Below, in pieces: positions 58,586 through 64,000 of a DNA stretch of 64,000 nt. The translations under genes were made by a program, and so were the position numbers. Source of the stretch: an uncultured Muribaculaceae bacterium. Lineage in GTDB: Bacteria > Bacteroidota > Bacteroidia > Bacteroidales > Muribaculaceae. How positions within the stretch are numbered: position 1 is the first letter of the stretch; each line of letters opens with the position of its first letter. The notes beneath the pieces were generated by a model, which had not been told where the DNA came from, ran no database searches, and worked only from the letters and a program-made list of their open reading frames with translations. The stretch covers positions 1,277-65,276 of the forward strand of contig CAJUHM010000004.1 of NCBI GenBank assembly GCA_910586475.1, written 5' to 3'.

Positions 58586-60553
58586 TCAGTACATGTTGTA
58601 GTCTACTGAAAGGACGTTGAACTCGGTCCGTCGGTTGATCTGGTCGGCAGCGTCTCTGTCGGTTTCGTCGGGGAGCGCCAGAATGTAGTCTTCGGTCAGG
58701 ATGTCGCCTTCTTTGAATTGAGGATAGAGGGTTGCGTCGCGTCTGGTGACTGTTTTCGGGCGTGATTTTCCGAAGCCGTGGAATTGCAGCCGGTCGGGAG
58801 CGATGCCCGCTTCGATGAGGTAGTCGACAACGGCCTTGGCACGTCGTTTGGAGAGGTCGATGTTATAGTCTTCGGTGCCGATGCGGTCGGTGTGGGAGGT
58901 CATCTCGATTGTTATGTTTGGGTTGTCGCGGAGCATTTGGACGAGCTGGTCGAGAGATTCTTTGGATTCGGGCCTAAGTGTGGCTTTGTCGAAGTCATAG
59001 AATATGTTTTCGACAATGTTGGGTTTTGAAATAGACGCGAGCATGAATTCGATTTCATAGTCGGCGTCGGCTTCAGCAGTGTCGGTGGTGAATTCCTGCC
59101 GGGCATTGAGATATCCTTTACCTCCGGCCATCATTACGTAGCGGACGCCGCGTTGCAGTGCAAAAGAGAATTCCCCCTGTGCACCGGATGCAGTGCGCTG
59201 CATCGATCCGTCGTTTCCGACGATCCGGACCACGGCTCCGGGAATAGGTTCTTCGTCATGGTCAGTGACCCATCCGTTGATTGTTATTCTGAGGTCCGGG
59301 AGCTCGAAGGAGTAGATGTGGTCATAGCCGCGTCCGTCGCCACGGTTTGAGCTGAAGAAACCCTCGGGGTGGCTTGATCTGGCGAAGGTGATACCGAAGT
59401 CGTCGGCCGGTGAGTTGATCGGGCTTCCCATGTTGACAACCTCCCAGCGGCCACCCGGCAGGAGTGTGGCCTGAAAGATGTCAAGGCCTCCGAATCCGGG
59501 GTGTCCGTCGGAGGCGAAGTACATGATGCTGTCTGTCAGCATGTAGGGGAATACTTCGTCGCCGGGTGTGTTGATCTGTGGGCCGAGGTTTTCGAGCGAT
59601 CCTGCGCGCTCTTTGATGTTGACGCGCCAGATGTCCTTACCGCCTTCGCCAGGCATGTCGCTTGTGAAATAGAGGTATTCTCCGGATGGTGAAACGGCAG
59701 GGTGCCCGTAGCTCGAAATGGTGTCGGCCGATATCTCGAATTTTGTCGGCGCACCCCATTTGGCGTCGCTTCTGGGTGAGGTGAAGAGTTCTACGCCGGT
59801 GTTTGCGGTTGGCGATCGCCGAGCTTTTGTGAGGTACATGGTGTTGCCGTCCGGAGAGAATGAGACGATCCCTTCGTCCATTTCGGAGTTTAGCTCACCT
59901 TCGACCGGTTCGGGCCGCATCCACGCGCCCTGTTCGTTTTTGCGCGCCATCCAGATGTCGCTTTTTTTCTGTCCGGTGATCTCGCTGCGGTTGTCGCCGG
60001 TCACTTTCTCGTTTGTTGTGGTGAGATAGAGAATGTCGCCGTTGAACATCGGGGCGAAGTCGGACCGTCGCGAGTTGAACAGCTTGGCATTCTTAACGAT
60101 GTAGCGGGTCGGATTCTGTTTGTTTGCGGCCGCCCACCGCGCACCCTCCAGTCCGAGCACGGCTTCGGCTGATGAGGGGCATCGCATGAGGTATTCTTCG
60201 TAGGACCTGACGGCGTCTTTGTATTTTCCCTCAGCGTGGAGCATCCGGGCGAGATTGAGCTGGGCGGTCGAGTCGGGATAGCCGTAGCGGATTGCATTCT
60301 GATAGGCAGCTCCTGCGCGCGCCCACTGGCTGAGTTTCCTGTGGGCTTCGGCCATTTTGAAGGCTACCTCGCCACGCAAGGCACGATCCTCTTTTTTAGT
60401 CAGTTTGTTGTAGATTTTACGATAGGTTTTCGATGCGTCAAAGTATTCGCCGCGAGCCATCTGTTCGTCAGCGGCAGCCAGCTTCGGACCGCGGCACGAG
60501 AAACAGGCTGCGGACAGGAGTGACAGAAGCGCGATGATGTAGAATTTCCTCAT
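58586..60553 (-). CDS. OmpA-family peptidoglycan-binding lipoprotein (TPR-PD40-OmpA, PorE-like)
   Basis: Lipobox (FSC), TPR-like N-terminus, PD40 repeats (GGLDIF), OmpA domain (SHTD, LSKRRA, NRRTEF). Confidence 0.88.
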   Translation of the reverse strand: MRKFYIIALLSLLSAACFSCRGPKLAAADEQMARGEYFDASKTYRKIYNKLTKKEDRALRGEVAFKMAEAHRKLSQWARAGAAYQNAIRYGYPDSTAQLNLARMLHAEGKYKDAVRSYEEYLMRCPSSAEAVLGLEGARWAAANKQNPTRYIVKNAKLFNSRRSDFAPMFNGDILYLTTTNEKVTGDNRSEITGQKKSDIWMARKNEQGAWMRPEPVEGELNSEMDEGIVSFSPDGNTMYLTKARRSPTANTGVELFTSPRSDAKWGAPTKFEISADTISSYGHPAVSPSGEYLYFTSDMPGEGGKDIWRVNIKERAGSLENLGPQINTPGDEVFPYMLTDSIMYFASDGHPGFGGLDIFQATLLPGGRWEVVNMGSPINSPADDFGITFARSSHPEGFFSSNRGDGRGYDHIYSFELPDLRITINGWVTDHDEEPIPGAVVRIVGNDGSMQRTASGAQGEFSFALQRGVRYVMMAGGKGYLNARQEFTTDTAEADADYEIEFMLASISKPNIVENIFYDFDKATLRPESKESLDQLVQMLRDNPNITIEMTSHTDRIGTEDYNIDLSKRRAKAVVDYLIEAGIAPDRLQFHGFGKSRPKTVTRRDATLYPQFKEGDILTEDYILALPDETDRDAADQINRRTEFNVLSVDYNMY

Positions 60554-60983
60554 ATAGAATATAACGACGCAGGAGCGGCGATATTACCTTGGAAACTGTT
60601 TAAATTTAATTCGAAATTATCTATGGAATGAATCTTGTGGGTTCCTTTGGCTTTTTTATGGTTGTTTTCCATGAGTCTGATATGTCACATTGCCTGCTAT
60701 GTCCCTGCATCGTCTCGCGAAAACATCTCATAATGGTTGGGGTTGATATGGGTATTGCATCAATCTTCGAGATTGTTCTAAAATTGTTGCTGACCGATCT
60801 GAATGTATTCGATTCGCTGAATAGTTGCCTGGGCGGGATGATGTGTTAAAAAACGCGAAAGAGTCGGCCGACAGAACTTTCGGTGCTATCTTTGCATTCT
60901 AATTACAGACTTTATATCCGTCCGGGATTGTTGTTTTAAAGACTTTCTCTCTTAATCCCGGTGTAACGAAATTACCCTACAGT

Positions 60984-61541
60984 ATGATCACCGCATCACA
61001 AAAACGCCAGGAAAATATTGCTGAGTATCTGCTTTATATGTGGCAGATCGAGGATCTGATCCGTGCAAACGGGCTGGATATTGACAAGATACGTGAGAAT
61101 GTCATTGACCGCTACGGATCGCTGACCGAGGCACAGCGTCAGGAGATGACCGAGTGGTATGAATCGCTTATCGACATGATGCGTCGGGAGGGGGTCGAGA
61201 GCAAGGGTCATCTGCAGATCAACCGCAATGTTCTTTCGTCGCTTGTCGATCTCCATCAGACGTTGCTGAAGGATCCTGAATTTGCGGAATATACGGCTGA
61301 GTTCTACCGGGCTCTGCCTTATATTGTCGAGCTGCGGTCGAAGGCCGGAGAGGATAAGCCTGGTGAGATAGAGACTTGTTTCAACGCTCTCTACGGGATG
61401 CTTATGATGCGTCTTCAGAAGAAGGAGATTTCGGATGAGACACTTGCGGCCATCAGGCAGATTTCGCATTTCATAGCTGTTCTGGCCCACAATTTCAAAC
61501 TTGACGAGCAGCATAAGCTTTTCAAGAACTCTAAGGATTGA
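60984..61541 (+). CDS. DUF4924 family protein
   Basis: ENIAEYLLYMWQIEDLIRA, GHLQIN; TATCTTTG at 60887-60894. Confidence 0.85.
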   Translation: MITASQKRQENIAEYLLYMWQIEDLIRANGLDIDKIRENVIDRYGSLTEAQRQEMTEWYESLIDMMRREGVESKGHLQINRNVLSSLVDLHQTLLKDPEFAEYTAEFYRALPYIVELRSKAGEDKPGEIETCFNALYGMLMMRLQKKEISDETLAAIRQISHFIAVLAHNFKLDEQHKLFKNSKD

Positions 61542-61590
61542 TCGTCATATTCAAATAGAGCCCGTAGAGACGGAAGAATACAAAAAAATG

Positions 61591-61618
61591 AGGGTCCGAT
61601 GCAACTAATCGGGCCTTT
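61591..61618 (+). terminator. Probable terminator
   Basis: AGGGTCCGAT/ATCGGGCCTT stem with G-U pairs. Confidence 0.5.
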
Positions 61619-61690
61619 GTTGCGTCATATAGTGACAGAAAGTGGATTTTACAGACCAATAGTTATCACAAATCAATCCTAATTATTTTA

Positions 61691-64000
61691 ATGAGACGTT
61701 TTTTTATGGCCATGATTCTGGCCACAGTCGCTGATTCTCTCTTTGCAATCAATTATTCTTTTGCCGGCCGCGCCATGAATTCGACAGGGGAGCCGCAGGA
61801 GTTTGCAACATACCGCATCTATTCTCTGGCAGATACGCTCAAGCCTGTGACATACGGGGTGACGGCAGTCGACGGTGCTTTTTCCGGTCAGCTGGAGCGT
61901 CCGGGGAAGTATCGGGCCAGAGTCAGTGTTGTCGGCCTTAAGGAAGCTGTCAGGGAGTTTGCAGTCAGTGAGTCGAGTCCGGCAGCAGATCTTGGCGCGA
62001 TGGAGTGCGGGGATGCCGGCAATCTGCTCGGAGAGGTGACGGTCACGGCTACGCGGCCGCTTGTTGTCAAGGAGATCGACCGCATCGGCTATGATGTGCA
62101 GGCCGACCTGGAGTCGCGGACGTCGAATCTGGACGAGGTGCTTCGTAAGGTGCCCCTGGTCAGTGTCGAGCCGGATGGTACGATCAAGGTCAAGGGATCG
62201 TCGAATTTCAAAATCTACAAAAACGGTCGTCCGAACAATTCTTTCACGCAGAACGCCAAAGAGATTTTCAAGGCTATTCCCGCCTCGATGATCAAGAAGA
62301 TTGAGGTCATCACCGATCCGGGAGCGCGAGAGGATGCCGAGGGGATCGGCGCTATTCTTAATATCGTAACTATCCAGGGATCGTCGATCAAGGGAATGAT
62401 GGCCAATGTTGGTCTCAACTACAGTACGCATAACAATATCCCGACTCCGAATCTGTGGGGGTCGGCACAGATCGACAAGGTCACCTTTTCGCTCTATGGG
62501 GGAGCAAATATCATAAACCGGCGCAGCTCTCGGTCGGAAAGTGAGTCGGTCGGAATCTATGAGGATAGCGGAAACATCAGCCGCAGCAGCAACCGAAGCC
62601 ATTCGAAGGGCGGGGTGACATGGTGGGGGACAGAGGCAAGCTTCGAGCCTGACACCCTTAATCTTTTCACATTGGAGTTCGGCGGCTACTACTATAGCGC
62701 AGATTCATATTCTCAGGGACGGAATTCGCTTACGGCTTCCGACGGTTCGCTGATCTACAGTTATGATGAGAACCAACGAACACTTCCGATGTCGTATCTC
62801 GATTTCAACGGATCGCTCAGTTATCAGCATTCGACCCGCAGGAAAGGGGAGGCGCTGACGCTTTCCTATATGGTTTCGACGACCGGCCAGCACAGCGATT
62901 CAGAGACAGAATATGCAGATCCATTCAATATGCCTGTCGCTTACGATGGAATCCGTTCCAATTATAAGCTGAATTTCATCGAGCATACGGTTCAGGCCAA
63001 CTGGATACGTCCGTTCAGAAAAATCCATACAATGGAGATCGGAATGAAGTATGTCTTCAGAAACAATACGAGCAAGACGACAACCGATTATCTCGGGACT
63101 GATATGAGTCCGGTCACGGATTTCACTCATCGCACCCATATCTTGGCGGCTTTCGCAGATTATCGAGTCAGACTCGGAAAGTTCAGCATCCGCGGAGGCC
63201 TGCGCTATGAGTATTCACGTCTGTCGGCAAAGTTCGCCGACGGGACCTCGCCTGATTTCGGCAGTAATCTCAGCGATCTGGTGCCGAATGCTGCAGTTTC
63301 ATATGACATCAATAACGCAAACAATCTGAAACTGTCTTATTCGGCCCGCATCAACCGTCCGGGAATCAACTATCTAAATCCAGCCGTCACGGAAACGCCG
63401 AATTCGACGTCGCAGGGCAATCCGGAGCTCGGAAGCGCCCGCCACAACACTCTGTCGCTAAACTACAGTCTGATGTCGCAGAGGGTGACGCTTGACACCA
63501 ATGTGGGCTATACGTTTGCGGACAATGCGATAATCAGTGTCATCGATGTTGTTGACGATCATACCTACAGCGGGTATGCGAATGCGGGGAAGAACCGGTC
63601 GTTTGACGCTTCTGCATTCGTGCAGTGGATGGCGGGCAGCAAGACGACTGTCATGTTTAATCTCGGCGCAAATTATGTTTTCATCAAGAATCCGTCGATG
63701 GGCATTTCAAAGCGCGGATGGATGCCGAATGCCTATACCCGCATAACGCAGCGCCTGCCGTGGAAACTTTCTGCAAGTCTCGGTGCCTATTACTGGGGTG
63801 GATCGATTGATCTTTACTCCAGATACCAGTCGATCGGGATTTCCAATCTGTATTACAATATTTCGCTCAACCGGAATTTCCTGAAAGAGGACCGTCTGTC
63901 GGTCAGACTGTCGGTTCAGAACCCATTCTATTCGTCGCGCAGAAAGTCTAAGTCTGAAACTTTCAACACGTCCTACCGCACGGTCACCTACAACTACAAC
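61691..64000 (+). CDS. TonB-dependent-receptor-like outer-membrane beta-barrel; 3' end outside window
   Basis: Manual translation from ATG 61691: MRRFFMAMIL signal, LGEVTVTA, LRKVPLVSV, IKKIEVIT plug motifs, GNPEL. Same frame confirmed at several checkpoints up to 64000; absent from the ORF track. Confidence 0.9.
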   Translation, partial: MRRFFMAMILATVADSLFAINYSFAGRAMNSTGEPQEFATYRIYSLADTLKPVTYGVTAVDGAFSGQLERPGKYRARVSVVGLKEAVREFAVSESSPAADLGAMECGDAGNLLGEVTVTATRPLVVKEIDRIGYDVQADLESRTSNLDEVLRKVPLVSVEPDGTIKVKGSSNFKIYKNGRPNNSFTQNAKEIFKAIPASMIKKIEVITDPGAREDAEGIGAILNIVTIQGSSIKGMMANVGLNYSTHNNIPTPNLWGSAQIDKVTFSLYGGANIINRRSSRSESESVGIYEDSGNISRSSNRSHSKGGVTWWGTEASFEPDTLNLFTLEFGGYYYSADSYSQGRNSLTASDGSLIYSYDENQRTLPMSYLDFNGSLSYQHSTRRKGEALTLSYMVSTTGQHSDSETEYADPFNMPVAYDGIRSNYKLNFIEHTVQANWIRPFRKIHTMEIGMKYVFRNNTSKTTTDYLGTDMSPVTDFTHRTHILAAFADYRVRLGKFSIRGGLRYEYSRLSAKFADGTSPDFGSNLSDLVPNAAVSYDINNANNLKLSYSARINRPGINYLNPAVTETPNSTSQGNPELGSARHNTLSLNYSLMSQRVTLDTNVGYTFADNAIISVIDVVDDHTYSGYANAGKNRSFDASAFVQWMAGSKTTVMFNLGANYVFIKNPSMGISKRGWMPNAYTRITQRLPWKLSASLGAYYWGGSIDLYSRYQSIGISNLYYNISLNRNFLKEDRLSVRLSVQNPFYSSRRKSKSETFNTSYRTVTYNYN

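Noticed and set aside
60628..60849. 73-aa ORF in the 430-nt OmpA-DUF4924 spacer
   Set aside because: No recognisable motifs or supporting signals; I found no repeat or RNA structure I could support
61688..62602. 304-aa minus-strand ORF
   Set aside because: Antisense to the TonB-dependent-receptor-like gene, which carries the real motifs
1..64000. CRISPR array, tRNA/rRNA, prophage, transposase or defence genes
   Set aside because: No regularly spaced repeats, cloverleaf-like segments or matching protein motifs seen by eye; tRNAscan, Rfam and DefenseFinder would be needed to exclude them formally

Overview
64 kb of mostly core chromosome from a Bacteroidales bacterium. Evidence: TAnnTTTG -7 promoters, an MRQLKI-type primary sigma factor, a MurF-Alr fusion and the ileS-dksA-lspA-DUF4296 gene order. 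A Muribaculaceae-like gut lineage is plausible but is my inference. About 51 CDS: glycoside hydrolases (GH20, GH95, GH65, GH97), PFOR, IleRS, lysC/lysA, acpP/fabF, agmatine deiminase plus N-carbamoylputrescine amidase, a Fur-family regulator with a P1B ATPase, SOD, and several outer-membrane proteins and lipoproteins. The first gene (GH20) and last gene (TonB-dependent-receptor-like, absent from the ORF track) are cut by the window edges. I saw no rRNA, tRNA, CRISPR array, transposase or integrase. Most notable observations: (1) an unannotated ~125-bp element present twice, 48 kb apart and in opposite orientations (2166-2292 and 50497-50620). Its 92-nt core is 75/92 identical without gaps, and both copies keep a homologous 42-54 aa reading frame. 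(2) Two tandem, intact RpoD/SigA paralogues (~73% aa identity) with near-identical DNA-recognition regions but different upstream regulatory architecture. (3) A recurring AAC-N16-18-nGTT ECF-type promoter motif before envelope/stress genes. (4) A TGCAAC-N3-GTTGCA operator between the Fur-family gene and the metal ATPase. All alignments and counts were done by eye and family calls come from motif recognition, not database searches.
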